Of a DNA stretch of 64,000 nucleotides, positions 29,401-38,270 are shown piece by piece (within the stretch, counting starts at the first letter, position 1; every line of letters begins with the position of its first letter). A program made the position numbers and the translations under genes. The stretch is taken from IMG/VR virus record IMGVR_UViG_3300028394_000034. The stretch is one strand, 5' to 3'. A model generated the notes under the pieces. It ran no database searches and was not told where the DNA came from. It saw only the letters and a program-made list of their open reading frames with translations. This stretch comes from a virus.

Positions 29401-31549
29401 AAGACTATCTTCCTTATATGCAGAAAGGGATGAATTAAGTAGAGTTTTAACTATACAAAATGAAATAAGTGATCTAATACCACATATTAGCGGGAGTATT
29501 TTTGTTTATGGAATTCCTGATGTTATTAAACCTAAAATATCTGCTAATTCTAATGTTATTGGAGATATTAAAGTATCATATAAAGAAAATAAAGACCTAT
29601 ATTGGATTAATATAGACCCAGAACAAAAATGTAGTATTGCTGATGAATTGACAGTTAGGGTTTTAAATAAAGTCACTTCTCAAGCAACACCAATTGTTGA
29701 TAAATTTGTATACAAGTCACATATTACTCCACAACCACCAGCAGCAGAGTCTATAATAAATAGTGTTGGTGCTGATGAATATTATCAGCATGATGGTGGA
29801 AAAGATATATATTTTAATCCTAAAAAAGAACAAGAAAAAACTGCTATTAAAACTAAATTTCCTAATTTGGTTTGGGATAACGATGAAATTTTTCGTTATG
29901 GAAGCATACAGGGAGATAATAAAGATGATTGTAAAAAATTAATGATAGCTTTTGATCAGCTTCCTAATGATACTTTGTTTGACGTTGAAGAAGAATATAT
30001 AAGACCGTATGGAATATCTACAACGGGAGTCAAAAAGATTCGTGAAGTATTAGACTTACACTCAAATAATTTGAAGATTCAATTCCGAAATCTACCAAGA
30101 AAAATTAAAGGAATAGATACAGAATTTTTTGATAGATATACTTATGATAATAAAGGGAATCTTATATTAGCCAGTCCAAATATTGAGAAGTCAGTCGGCT
30201 ATATTGCAAATAATTTTACATGTTGGCATTGTATAGATAAACAAGGTAGGTTTGTTATTCCTCCAGATTTTTATAAAGCACAAAATGAAATGCTTTATAG
30301 AGCATTCTTTGGAAGTACTGATGGTATAGAAAATAAAGATAAATATACAGATAGTCAGAATGCTTGGGAGTGGATTCCATATGAGTATTTTACTACTCCA
30401 TGTGTTCTTAATATACCGTTTAATATTGATCATTCCGAAGGAAAAAGTATAGATTTTGCTGGAGGTGGTTATTGTCCTCTTGTTGAACCACCAGACGAAG
30501 GAGACCCACCAACATTAAGATGGTTTAGAACCTATACTCAAGTTGAAGGAGAAACAATTACTGGTATAGAAACAGATTTTGAATATTATTGGAATGAAGG
30601 TGGAAGTAGCATGACTCATACTCCTGGAGGATTGTATTCGATAGAAGATGGAATATTAAAAACTATTGTAGATTATAAATTTGAGAAATGGGAGATTAGA
30701 CCAGGTGAGCTACCACCTTTACTTATCATGAGCAGAACACTCGGATCAGTAGGCGGACGGCCAGAATTTCAAAATTGTTCTCCACAAAGCGAAGAGGACA
30801 AAACCAAATTTAGATACTGGACAATACACTCAGCATGGAATAGATGTAATGATTCACCAGTTATTTTAGATGATAAATCTGACTATGCAGAAATAATGTG
30901 TAGTTTAGGATGTTTAGATCCTGGAAATACTACTGCTGATTTTAATGGGGCTGTAATTGCAACTCAAACGGAAGTGATAATGACATATAATGCAGATGTT
31001 GGTCAAAAAGTGCCAAAAAAATATGAGTATATATGGAAAGTACGTCAGGCTATGAAGTATAGTTACTCTGGGTCACTACCATCTTATGGATTAGGAGGTG
31101 GAGGAGGAGGGACTATTGAAGATAAATATTATCATATAGAGAAAGAAGAGGGAGACCCGATAGAACTTCCCGTTGGATATAGAAAAAGAACTATCTCTTT
31201 TCTTTCCACCCATAATCTTAATGTTTTTCCTCCAATTAAACCAAAACAAACTTTTACTGTAAATCCTTTAGGGGTCTATAGCTTTTCTCAAAAATCTTCT
31301 GGAGAAGGTCTTATTAAGACTAGATTAATTACTAAAGATGTTGCGTGCTTAAGAGATTCTACCAGTTGTTCTACAGAAGAACCCCCAACAGTTTTTAAAA
31401 CTTTCAAAGACGAAGGAGAAGAGGGAGTACCTACAATAGAACTTATTGAACCAGAAGGAGATCGGGATGTTAATATTATTATAACGTCAAATAAAACTAT
31501 TAGTAAAGGTATGGCAACTTTTATAAGATTGCCTTGTGAAGGCAATTAA
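23438..31549 (+). CDS. Giant virion protein (2703 aa) with proprotein-convertase P-domain-like region and tail-fibre anchor-like motif
   Basis: IRDIEIKINF...LIIWLD...SWEVII (~26650-27330) resembles a P-domain; TTGNISLVGIQTINNIILKKDNLISVEKQTNKDENGYY..ENAW (~28125-28262) matches a common phage tail-fibre motif. Confidence 0.6.
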   Translation: MYSINNTKKCSIFSKSLYQDLEPYNIMDEVSSFNDTSLPDQISSTSKAYLFFKYQSGYSARCDISKNYLIDMIDSSISYDIWTPAIITPEDITRIKSPILNKRNIRDPILGISDFIQFEPRFQNWWITKPNDTNRFQNHEITNSDPRPVGKMTASWDISSSFPTKLAEYGILFWYKKTSNGADFSSNNIRRSISKEFLLSELPVNSVVRSKKPLTYSDGSQSITANTILIKITDTILKRTDRDASLITSNDTVFNGESEIFDLSKVNTTNDPTNNPPKFYLYKNNVIKNNFLFDIWISDGECFSYYDNIIDKRRSKLKQQQSKTYLSPALFNIYREIYNTLTLRRIKSNSGLNKTKSLNFQKLCYFLSSSPLIDRTTIDLLDTEEIYNRVQEYININPIPQNRATEITKLKEILNFILSKYAKFNFYFSKQNISGNYIQSYTALTQKILNKYPVQLSIGDLSETDSSKIYNNGLVLTYKKPLANGPHALIGVNSTSLYNNSIEAEDIALGKQPNTIFYNNHKIEIGNFTYETDISSTGSISRFKTYDPTSDTPNILATSDLPFADISLTRDEPAPFYLGSGIYKQFLSTDREISIPGTDINQDSNPDFSYSWEQTGGSQCLRFQDFSRNPNRQKRYPDSLDSSPVVYIRSSGTYELKCTRSLNGLIQSDTIKITNDPNEQLDPDIDLQNNPITVLKNNKNIFSNIKQIAFNKRGLVWFLDSENYIDTQNIYYQQEGYGLGIFKIKDIKFDFLSNNRSTDIPVQDSDADLKLYFIPGKYTEILLNYIDLQNMRDSDYDFGQCQSFFRHKISHESAKPFDVILGNSDFNRSYRDSYDFYYHTLAGYDRNRKITYQEPEISTAFAPSIKAYGGYKKAVIDTIGIKMSGHPEPCDNIESIMPTLWTRNSVNKPSVESSSGIYCHLREVLPTGNGTTINFSRGLFVPQSGWIPYSSSYYPRNNGVKISGTTYIGDDYHIFSAYHSTSLTFKGPGLVDIRPSLTSSSNIYQSRIYVTSDTTIPISVDRRYGYKNLLTFDEPNFITEDIRNQWSVNGEVDEFTGTESCVLPTKKYIFPTDITDNTTIRDIEIKINFLNYPNPKNLIIWLDVKNPKMPREGSSYRDSINNPDLTKFISDVENLNTTTSPDTLRLYLLNQENIANYKYNFSFKFSDFANKFISPDNNTSNSLGYLSPNNETLKDKELCLPSLACSGYNDIEISKYKNAIKINQLNQIKNSLGKFYNVPLKNTQFILNIAVVDSISHEISVLDNLYINDLVSGLQKTEKVEKSNALSNSICSWEVIINADDRRSTIQNKSDVLGKIDYNLVNMPFYLPTIQDSIIPYTNSIGFQFIGDFTNKNYLIPQANINAPYHYFANTSSCIYDDDELTKNITYVPPTFPSLIPYLLMPIVFGGLMTGAGLAGSMVTMELMASLYGTGGRNDPIINYFIETKLSNQTQALNSQVYKPVYRKQNFGSAERAIICASNDGAIWWKFETPIFRYTNTPILKKNVYKYIRLDSDIAEKISPSLKNNSISNFSFSLLASPTGTDLEVAKGMTSASGLKLAQSITSTTGNISLVGIQTINNIILKKDNLISVEKQTNKDENGYYFVKENAWIKGPNQDSLEFLQYNNVDRDFTSECFKDNKSIVINGIRPYRFFDVNETIGFNIDGTKSTKKILGKSYFLTKNGIKTILQVDSELKDKDEKPIPSGFVYLDGPSSVIWLYKDDRTTVSDNDINKWTFYKSSSEKIVNKDPESHFSAYGEGSIGAGTNLTTADTLYKIGLKDNKLLDTQEMINNQISDTILTYQLIRADIGQDIDNENISDSNRAIIGQGNFKGWSYSSDDYVYKFDNENYNLITNEADDSVNVQKLKSALGIGSMIKNRKDNTYIELKYSEFKTDFVGLSGQIKIFDDFLNTTSIKFNQEDINRIRSRLSFIQEVDADHVSIKITGIDQVEYAMGINSLISYYDELQADDNICFSRGYPITTGCPKQYTKQRLSSLYAERDELSRVLTIQNEISDLIPHISGSIFVYGIPDVIKPKISANSNVIGDIKVSYKENKDLYWINIDPEQKCSIADELTVRVLNKVTSQATPIVDKFVYKSHITPQPPAAESIINSVGADEYYQHDGGKDIYFNPKKEQEKTAIKTKFPNLVWDNDEIFRYGSIQGDNKDDCKKLMIAFDQLPNDTLFDVEEEYIRPYGISTTGVKKIREVLDLHSNNLKIQFRNLPRKIKGIDTEFFDRYTYDNKGNLILASPNIEKSVGYIANNFTCWHCIDKQGRFVIPPDFYKAQNEMLYRAFFGSTDGIENKDKYTDSQNAWEWIPYEYFTTPCVLNIPFNIDHSEGKSIDFAGGGYCPLVEPPDEGDPPTLRWFRTYTQVEGETITGIETDFEYYWNEGGSSMTHTPGGLYSIEDGILKTIVDYKFEKWEIRPGELPPLLIMSRTLGSVGGRPEFQNCSPQSEEDKTKFRYWTIHSAWNRCNDSPVILDDKSDYAEIMCSLGCLDPGNTTADFNGAVIATQTEVIMTYNADVGQKVPKKYEYIWKVRQAMKYSYSGSLPSYGLGGGGGGTIEDKYYHIEKEEGDPIELPVGYRKRTISFLSTHNLNVFPPIKPKQTFTVNPLGVYSFSQKSSGEGLIKTRLITKDVACLRDSTSCSTEEPPTVFKTFKDEGEEGVPTIELIEPEGDRDVNIIITSNKTISKGMATFIRLPCEGN

Positions 31550-31550
31550 T

Positions 31551-31874
31551 TCATTCTTTCTTATATTTATGCCAACCCTTATTTGGAAGATAATTATTTT
31601 CATCATCTTTTCTCTTGGGAAATAATGTTCCACCCTTCTTGTGTTGACCAAAAGAAAGAGTAGCACCACACTTAGGTTCTGTGCATCTTAGCTCATAATA
31701 ATCATTAGCATCAACATTCCTAACAACGAACTTAATGCTGGAACATCCACAAAGTCCGCACTTATCTTCAGAGAAGATCTCTTGAATTAGTGCCAATTCC
31801 TTAAATACTTCCTTTTGACCAGAACCTTCTAGTTCAAATTCCAACTTATCATTAGCCTTATATTTTACTTTCAT
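31551..31874 (-). CDS. Hypothetical Zn-ribbon protein
   Basis: CGLC...C....C motif; probable start MKVKY at 31874 just after the upstream stop. Confidence 0.7.
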   Translation of the reverse strand: MKVKYKANDKLEFELEGSGQKEVFKELALIQEIFSEDKCGLCGCSSIKFVVRNVDANDYYELRCTEPKCGATLSFGQHKKGGTLFPKRKDDENNYLPNKGWHKYKKE

Positions 31875-31876
31875 AG

Positions 31877-32617
31877 TTATTTCCATTCATTATTATAGCC
31901 AGATAATTCTTGTGGTATTTTATCCATATTCTGCTGATAAGATGATAGCAATCGTATAACCGTTACAGCATCTTCATGAGACAAAACATAGATATTCTTA
32001 AACTCCAGAGAGTTAGTCTCCAAGAGCTTACTAACATTTATATTAAGCCTTTTTGCCATTACGTCAATGAAATTTATCTGATTATTTGTAATTTTAGATA
32101 CAGAATTTTCATCAGGATGATCCTCAATATCCTTGGCAATCTCTTCTGCTGCAACAACTTTCCTAAGCTTTAAAGCTCGACGTAATGCTCGTCCCTCTGC
32201 TCGTGTTTCTGCTACAGCAGTAGGATGATTACGGTAGATCTTGTCACAGTTGCCCCAATAAACGTCAGCAGCGCCTGTGACAGCCCGATATTTAACGTTC
32301 ATGTCATCTGAGACATCTCCTTTTAATACATAGCGTATGGTGTGAGTGGCGGTAGCTCTTTTTTCGTTCTCTGGAGTTGGAGCTTGAACTATTTCTGTGA
32401 TAGCTTCAATAACATCACAATTTAATGCCACTTCAAATATACGTCTTAATCCGTCTGTTGTAGGATTTCCGGCTATCTTTTCATCGTCGCTCAATAAACC
32501 TAGAACATGATCTGTCCACTCTAAATCATTAGGAGAGACAACCCTAACCACTACATCTGCCTCCTCTTTTTCTGGAACAATCTTTTCTTCAGTTTCTTTC
32601 TTATTTTTTGCCATCAT
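31877..32617 (-). CDS. Putative single-strand annealing protein (Rad52/Sak/Erf-like)
   Basis: AVAETRAEGRALRRAL motif and a C-terminal ITNNQINFI segment typical of phage SSAPs. Confidence 0.55.
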   Translation of the reverse strand: MMAKNKKETEEKIVPEKEEADVVVRVVSPNDLEWTDHVLGLLSDDEKIAGNPTTDGLRRIFEVALNCDVIEAITEIVQAPTPENEKRATATHTIRYVLKGDVSDDMNVKYRAVTGAADVYWGNCDKIYRNHPTAVAETRAEGRALRRALKLRKVVAAEEIAKDIEDHPDENSVSKITNNQINFIDVMAKRLNINVSKLLETNSLEFKNIYVLSHEDAVTVIRLLSSYQQNMDKIPQELSGYNNEWK

Positions 32618-32622
32618 AATTA

Positions 32623-33429
32623 TTAATCCTCTATTTGGAAATTCCTATTGTCTGGTTCTGGAAATTTATTTGAAATTTTAATCAAGAGTTCTTTAAGTCC
32701 GCTATACAATAATGAAGCTCTGGTCTTTGAAAAATCTTTAGTTTGTTTGATTCTTATAAGAGCTAAACCTTTTCCTAAAATCAGTCCTTGCTTTTTTTGA
32801 TCATAAGATATATTCTTAGCCAAGGCATCTTCTCCCCAAACTGGAAGAAAGTGAGATGGGCCGTCTATTTCTATAGCTGTATTCATTGTAGGAAGAAACA
32901 GGTCTATTTGCAACTTGGTATTTGATAGAGTTTGCTCTTTATGAAAATCAACTCTGAATCCATCAGCTATCAGATTTTGCAACATGAACTTCTCTAGTTT
33001 TGAACCAGCCTTACTACTTTCTCTAACTGCATTATTTGCCAACCTTATAATATTTTGCTTAGTGTCTTGATCCATTTTTTCCCAAGACTCTTTGCTTTTT
33101 TGCTTGCGACTCTCTAGTGTTGCATCATCCAAATCCTCCCAAGATTTCATAACCCCCAAACCTATTTTGTTCTTTTCATCATCTGTTCTTTTTTGTCCTT
33201 TGGTTGGGTGCTTGTGTTTGCCTGTTTTTAGTGCGTTCTTTTGAGCAGCCGACTTGTCTCTGATTGGAAGATTAAAAGATACAGCATCTCTCCTAATTTT
33301 ATTAGCATAAGTCCCATATTCTTTAGCAATATCAGCAAAACTTTTTTGCTTATCTACATATAATTGAGTAATAATCTTTTTCTTTTCAGGATCTGAAAGA
33401 TGATTATAGGAAGTGTTTGATGTCGTCAT
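32623..33429 (-). CDS. DUF559/Vsr-like PD-(D/E)xK endonuclease with N-terminal HTH and NUMOD3-like repeats
   Basis: SKLEKF...IDLFLP...AIEIDGPSHF...DQKK...IRI; KGQKRTDDEKNKIG motif. Confidence 0.7.
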   Translation of the reverse strand: MTTSNTSYNHLSDPEKKKIITQLYVDKQKSFADIAKEYGTYANKIRRDAVSFNLPIRDKSAAQKNALKTGKHKHPTKGQKRTDDEKNKIGLGVMKSWEDLDDATLESRKQKSKESWEKMDQDTKQNIIRLANNAVRESSKAGSKLEKFMLQNLIADGFRVDFHKEQTLSNTKLQIDLFLPTMNTAIEIDGPSHFLPVWGEDALAKNISYDQKKQGLILGKGLALIRIKQTKDFSKTRASLLYSGLKELLIKISNKFPEPDNRNFQIED

Positions 33430-33868
33430 AATCTAAGTTCTCCGATATTCCTAAAGGCTTGGTCCAACAAATTTCATATATATCGCTAAGTGTTTGATTC
33501 TTGGTTATAATTTTTAAATTTGGATGCTTAAAAATAGATTCCCAATAACTGTAATCTTCATAAGATTCAGTCCAAGGAATATTTTCAGCATAAAAAAATC
33601 TATTTTGAATATTAGGAAAATTTTTGGATAAAATTAAAGAGGGGATGTCTAATACTAGTAAGTTGCCATTAAAAAATTTACTATCACTAATATGTAGTAT
33701 CGGTATATTTTTATTATCTATAAGCTCAGAATAGCTATTAAAAATACACACCTGAGAATACGGATTATTTTCATATATTTTTTTAGCAGTATCTAGTATT
33801 CTGCTATTTCTTTGATTGTTCTCTAGCTTGATCATTAACAAACCTAGGTCGTTCATATTTTGTTTCAT
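33404..33868 (-). CDS. Hypothetical protein in the glycosyltransferase cluster
   Basis: Coupled ORF with an alpha/beta (Rossmann-like) pattern; no catalytic motif recognised. Confidence 0.65.
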   Translation of the reverse strand: MKQNMNDLGLLMIKLENNQRNSRILDTAKKIYENNPYSQVCIFNSYSELIDNKNIPILHISDSKFFNGNLLVLDIPSLILSKNFPNIQNRFFYAENIPWTESYEDYSYWESIFKHPNLKIITKNQTLSDIYEICWTKPLGISENLDYDDIKHFL

Positions 33869-34563
33869 ACTAAAAGATCTCTAAAAAAGTTTTGATAAGA
33901 TTGAACATTTTCGAGACTAATATTTTTTGATTCTAGAGTTTCTACTGATTCAATATCAATCACTTTAGCTCCACAACAAAAGGCTTCTGTCTCATAAAAT
34001 CCATCTAAAGAAAGGAAAAATTCAGATTTATTTAAAATTTCTGCTTTTTCTTTTTCTTGTAGTTTTCCTATATTAAGAGGGTGTTTGATTTTTTCATTAT
34101 TAAAAAGCTTGATTTCAAGCTTAGAGTTAGGATATATTTTCTTTAAAAGTTGTTCTGGTATTTCTTCTATCTTATCAATAAAACAAGATATTTTGTGAAA
34201 ACGTTCAAGTTTTTGATTGTTAAAAATTTCTCTATTAACTAATGTTGGAATTAGAATAGTATTATCAATTCCTTTTTCGTTTACAAGATGCTTACAGAGC
34301 CCTTTATTATTTTCTATAATTTCTGGTCTAAAAATATCATGGTAAATAAAACACTTTGTTTTTTGACCAAATTCTAAAATGAATTGAAAAGTTTCTTTGT
34401 GGAATTTAGAAGCTAAAAAGATATAACAGTCAAATCCATACCTATAATAAATTTGATAAAGATTGTCTTGTATATCTCCACAAGCAATTAAATTTTCATC
34501 ATCCTTAATAAGACTTAAATTATTAATAAACTTATCGTCGGCGTTCTGTATAAAAATTTTCAT
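33865..34563 (-). CDS. GT-B glycosyltransferase-like protein
   Basis: EKAEILNKSEFFL...FYETEAFCCGAKVI resembles the GT4 C-terminal EA..G..VI motif. Confidence 0.55.
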   Translation of the reverse strand: MKIFIQNADDKFINNLSLIKDDENLIACGDIQDNLYQIYYRYGFDCYIFLASKFHKETFQFILEFGQKTKCFIYHDIFRPEIIENNKGLCKHLVNEKGIDNTILIPTLVNREIFNNQKLERFHKISCFIDKIEEIPEQLLKKIYPNSKLEIKLFNNEKIKHPLNIGKLQEKEKAEILNKSEFFLSLDGFYETEAFCCGAKVIDIESVETLESKNISLENVQSYQNFFRDLLV

Positions 34564-35222
34564 ATAAAGATTTTAGCCCTAGAGATATCCTTGGTCCCAT
34601 TGATTTTCATAATATTTTTTTTCGATAGTATATTTTTATCAAAATGTATATTATGAGATATTAAAGTATTTAGTAGTTCAAAGAGATACATTTGATCATA
34701 GAGATGCTTATCAAACATATCTTTTAATGTGCTAGTTGCTTCTTGATTCAAAAATACGCACTCAGACCATTGCGTAGGTAAATCGTAGAATAGATATTCT
34801 ATCTTTTCAGATTCACTACAACCTATGGTAAAATTAGCTTTTGGTTTGTCTATCAAGAAAATTTTAGATCTATCGGTATCGAAGAAGGGAAAGTTTTTAA
34901 ATAGAACCCCATTACTAATAACTAGCAAAGGCTTTGGGCCATATTGTTCTAAAAATAAACCCAAACATTTTGCTTGATTGGTTTTTTGATAATGTTCATT
35001 ATAGATAATGTCTATTCTTGGTTGGGTCCCGAATATTTTCTTGATCTTATCTGACTCAAAACCAGTAGCTATGGTTATGTTTATTTTCTTATCTAACTTT
35101 TTAAGCTGTTGTATTTGATATTCTAAAACGAACAAAGAACTGCGTATTTTTAGTAATGCTTTGGATCCTACTGATTTCATTCCTTTAGTAATTTCTGGGG
35201 CTATTATTAAAGCATCAAGCAT
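34560..35222 (-). CDS. Nucleotidyltransferase-like protein (MobA/LicC/GlmU fold) with degenerate motif
   Basis: LIIAPEITKGMKSVGSKALL...VLEYQI...TGFESDKI...IYNEHYQKTN follows the NTP_transferase pattern, but the AAGxGxR loop is altered. Confidence 0.65.
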   Translation of the reverse strand: MLDALIIAPEITKGMKSVGSKALLKIRSSLFVLEYQIQQLKKLDKKINITIATGFESDKIKKIFGTQPRIDIIYNEHYQKTNQAKCLGLFLEQYGPKPLLVISNGVLFKNFPFFDTDRSKIFLIDKPKANFTIGCSESEKIEYLFYDLPTQWSECVFLNQEATSTLKDMFDKHLYDQMYLFELLNTLISHNIHFDKNILSKKNIMKINGTKDISRAKIFI

Positions 35223-35955
35223 AGTATATGATTCTTGGATTTTTAATTAAGGATATAGCTTTGGAGATGTCAGGATCTAATTCTTGGATCAAAGTCCTAT
35301 AATTATCAAAAGGTAAAAATAAACCATCCAAACTATCTGATGGATTTCTTAATAAAACATGACATACAGGCTGTTTAATAGTAATGTAATCGCTAATATT
35401 TTCAATATCTTTATTCCATGAGGAGTAATCATTATTACAATTTACCCAAAAATAAACAGATTGATTTTTATTCATATTTGTATCCAGTATCGTATAAATA
35501 GCTTCTGCTAAAGATATTTCTTCTAAGAAATTATGAATTTTCCATTCTATCTCTTTATTAATTTTTGTTTTTAGAGTTTGAATAGTTTGGTCAGTATTAT
35601 CATTTTTGTGCATTATCAGAGATACGCACCTTGGAGGAATAGTCAAAGAATTTATACTATCGCATAATTCTTCTATTTTTGATAGATCTGTTTCTATTAT
35701 TAGATAATAAGAGATAATGTTATTGTTTTTAATGGTTTTTTTAAGATCTTCTATAGATCCAATTTTATTTTTATTTTCATCGTATGTTTTCAAATCAAAC
35801 CCATAATGACACTTATAATTTTGGATATAATAGAAGTTATTTTTTACAGAAGTGGCATGTTCATCTTTTATCATATCTATGATATGAATTTTGCATGGTT
35901 CAGCACTATCGGCGTAATCTGCAAACAAACATTTTTCACAATTAGTATTACTCAT
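35215..35955 (-). CDS. Hypothetical protein (Cys-containing N-terminus, GT-A-like alpha/beta C-terminus)
   Basis: Coupled ORF in the GT cluster; CEKC...C...C motifs. Confidence 0.6.
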   Translation of the reverse strand: MSNTNCEKCLFADYADSAEPCKIHIIDMIKDEHATSVKNNFYYIQNYKCHYGFDLKTYDENKNKIGSIEDLKKTIKNNNIISYYLIIETDLSKIEELCDSINSLTIPPRCVSLIMHKNDNTDQTIQTLKTKINKEIEWKIHNFLEEISLAEAIYTILDTNMNKNQSVYFWVNCNNDYSSWNKDIENISDYITIKQPVCHVLLRNPSDSLDGLFLPFDNYRTLIQELDPDISKAISLIKNPRIIYYA

Positions 35956-36383
35956 ATAGATATTCTCTGTAGGGTGAGATTAATTTTAAGATTTTGATGA
36001 TCGTAATCAATTTTTACTATTTTAACAGAGGGGTCGTCTTCTATCATCTTTTTAATTGCTGATATAGAAAGAATGGATTTGTGACTTAAAAGATTCTCCA
36101 TCAATTGCTCGTCACTGATACTATTCTCGTAATATCTTTTTGAGGATTCTTTTAAATCAGTAAAACTGATAACAAGAAGACCCTCTGGCTTTAGTTTTTT
36201 AAAGAGCAACACTAAAATAGCATTAATTATAGATTTTTCAAAATAGTTCAAGCATGAACAATAGATATTAGAGACAGAAAAATTTACTAAATTTTCAATA
36301 TCGTTAATCTCTATGTTGTCAAATTCCTGTATAATATTTTTATGTTTATTGTAGTAGATATTAATTGGCTTATTCATATACAA
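35952..36383 (-). CDS. Methyltransferase-fold fragment-like protein
   Basis: LFKKLKPEGLLVISFTD matches the class I MTase R.LKPGG.L.I segment; no SAM-binding GxG motif I seen. Confidence 0.45.
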   Translation of the reverse strand: MYMNKPINIYYNKHKNIIQEFDNIEINDIENLVNFSVSNIYCSCLNYFEKSIINAILVLLFKKLKPEGLLVISFTDLKESSKRYYENSISDEQLMENLLSHKSILSISAIKKMIEDDPSVKIVKIDYDHQNLKINLTLQRISI

Positions 36384-37257
36384 AAGATTCCTTAATTAAA
36401 TCATTAAATATAGAGAGAAAAGAATTATTAAAAGTTTGGAAATTATATTTTTCTAATATAGTATTTTGATTTTCGAGACTTTTTTCTAGAGAGTATGATT
36501 CTATTTCTTTACTAAGAATCTCAACTATATTATTATAGTCATCTAAAACTAAAGCGCCAGACTCAAACATATTGGCTGATGAAATAGTCTTACATCCACA
36601 ATATATAGCAATTAAACAATTAATCTCTGATTTTATATCTATACATACCTTATATTGACTTAAAACACTATAAATTTCTTCTAGTGAAGAGTTACTAATA
36701 TCTTTAATCATATCAACATTAGGAATATAATTTTTTATATGATGATATAGCATATCTATTGACCTGGACTGTTCTAAATTTAATAGAATAACAGATTTCT
36801 TGATTGGTGATGATATGTCTAGCCTATCTGATTTTGGAATACCATACTTTATAACCTCTGAATTTGGTATTTCCCAACTATCCTTTATATCTTCTTTAGT
36901 TGATATTGTTTTACTATTTTTGAAGGTTTGACGAATTAGAAATTTGTCCTCTTTTTTTACTGAACTATCAGGGAAAGAATGGAACAGTACAATATCTTTA
37001 AGATGGAAATTTTTGATAGTAGGTAGAAGGTCTGAGTATTCTATAGGATTATTAGATAGAAAAAAATCATATGAAAAACTATATAGTATATTTTCTGGTA
37101 GTTTTGATATCTCTGTAAGACAAATACCGTCTACTTGAGATAATAACATATCAAATAAAGTATTAGATTTCGTATATAGAATATTAAAATTTTTATACTT
37201 AGAAGTATTAGATATTGCTGCCTTAATAATATTATTAGTTATAAAGGATTTTTGCAT
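36370..37257 (-). CDS. GT-B glycosyltransferase-like protein
   Basis: EVIKYGIP, LEEIYSVLSQYKVCI and AIYCGCKTI segments align with GT4 C-terminal features. Confidence 0.55.
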   Translation of the reverse strand: MQKSFITNNIIKAAISNTSKYKNFNILYTKSNTLFDMLLSQVDGICLTEISKLPENILYSFSYDFFLSNNPIEYSDLLPTIKNFHLKDIVLFHSFPDSSVKKEDKFLIRQTFKNSKTISTKEDIKDSWEIPNSEVIKYGIPKSDRLDISSPIKKSVILLNLEQSRSIDMLYHHIKNYIPNVDMIKDISNSSLEEIYSVLSQYKVCIDIKSEINCLIAIYCGCKTISSANMFESGALVLDDYNNIVEILSKEIESYSLEKSLENQNTILEKYNFQTFNNSFLSIFNDLIKESFVYE

Positions 37258-38270
37258 ATAAATCCTCCTAGTTTTGGGTAATCTGGAGACTTGCTCCTCT
37301 TATGGTTATTGTTCGCTGCTAGTAGCATTTTCTGCATAATATCTTCTGTTGTTAGAGAGCCTATAATATTTCCGCTAAAATAGTGATCACCAATATCAAT
37401 AGCTGGCGTTTTAATAATAGAAATATCTTTGTTGGATAAAACTAGCTTTTTTGAACTCATTGCATAGTTTTCATATAAAACATATTGAATATCATCATTG
37501 ATTGATAAGTAACAATCTATACTATTTATAGCTACAAAACTTTCGGTTTCATTTAGGTCGCTAAAAATAAAAGATATTCTATTTTCATCATTTACTATAT
37601 TCAGTCTTTTCAGAGTATTTTTATAGAATGTTTCTATATCAGATTTATCTTGGGCTGTTCCTCTTAAAAATAAAACTAAATGAGTCTTTATATCTGATCT
37701 AAAAGCAATAGTATAGGCTATGATAAGTTTTTGAATAATTTGTTCATTTTTTTTATATGGTCCTATAAATCCAAACTTAAATAAGTCATTAGCCTCTCCT
37801 AGATTGTATCTTTGATTGAGAGTTCTGGGATCTGGTATAAGATGTTCTGAAAAAATATCTAGTTTAGTTTTTATATTAGATCTTTTTAAGAACTCTTTAG
37901 TTCTAATACTATCTATTAATAGATAATCAAACTCATTCAGTTTAGAATAATGATTATTATTGGAAGCATCAACTAATCTAGCATCCACTATAGGTATTGC
38001 TATATTATAGCAGTTTTTATATACAGATAAATATTCCAAAGGGAGATGCTGAACAATTATAGAATACTTTTCTACTGATTCATCAAATTTTTCATAAAGA
38101 CTAGAATAGTCCTTAATTATTAAGTTTGATTCGATACAAATAGGTCTTGTATGTAGTTTAAGAATCTCATTTTTCTTTTTTGTTTGATCTAAAAGAGATT
38201 GAATATATCTTCTAGAAGCTTGTCCTATATAATCCAACTGTCTATATGGTCCTATATAAAGTATATTCAT
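37239..38270 (-). CDS. Glycosyltransferase family 4-like protein
   Basis: MNILYIGPY..GQASRRYI N-terminus; FKFGFIG...IIQKLIIAY..AF; SIDCYLSI. Confidence 0.65.
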   Translation of the reverse strand: MNILYIGPYRQLDYIGQASRRYIQSLLDQTKKKNEILKLHTRPICIESNLIIKDYSSLYEKFDESVEKYSIIVQHLPLEYLSVYKNCYNIAIPIVDARLVDASNNNHYSKLNEFDYLLIDSIRTKEFLKRSNIKTKLDIFSEHLIPDPRTLNQRYNLGEANDLFKFGFIGPYKKNEQIIQKLIIAYTIAFRSDIKTHLVLFLRGTAQDKSDIETFYKNTLKRLNIVNDENRISFIFSDLNETESFVAINSIDCYLSINDDIQYVLYENYAMSSKKLVLSNKDISIIKTPAIDIGDHYFSGNIIGSLTTEDIMQKMLLAANNNHKRSKSPDYPKLGGFICKNPL

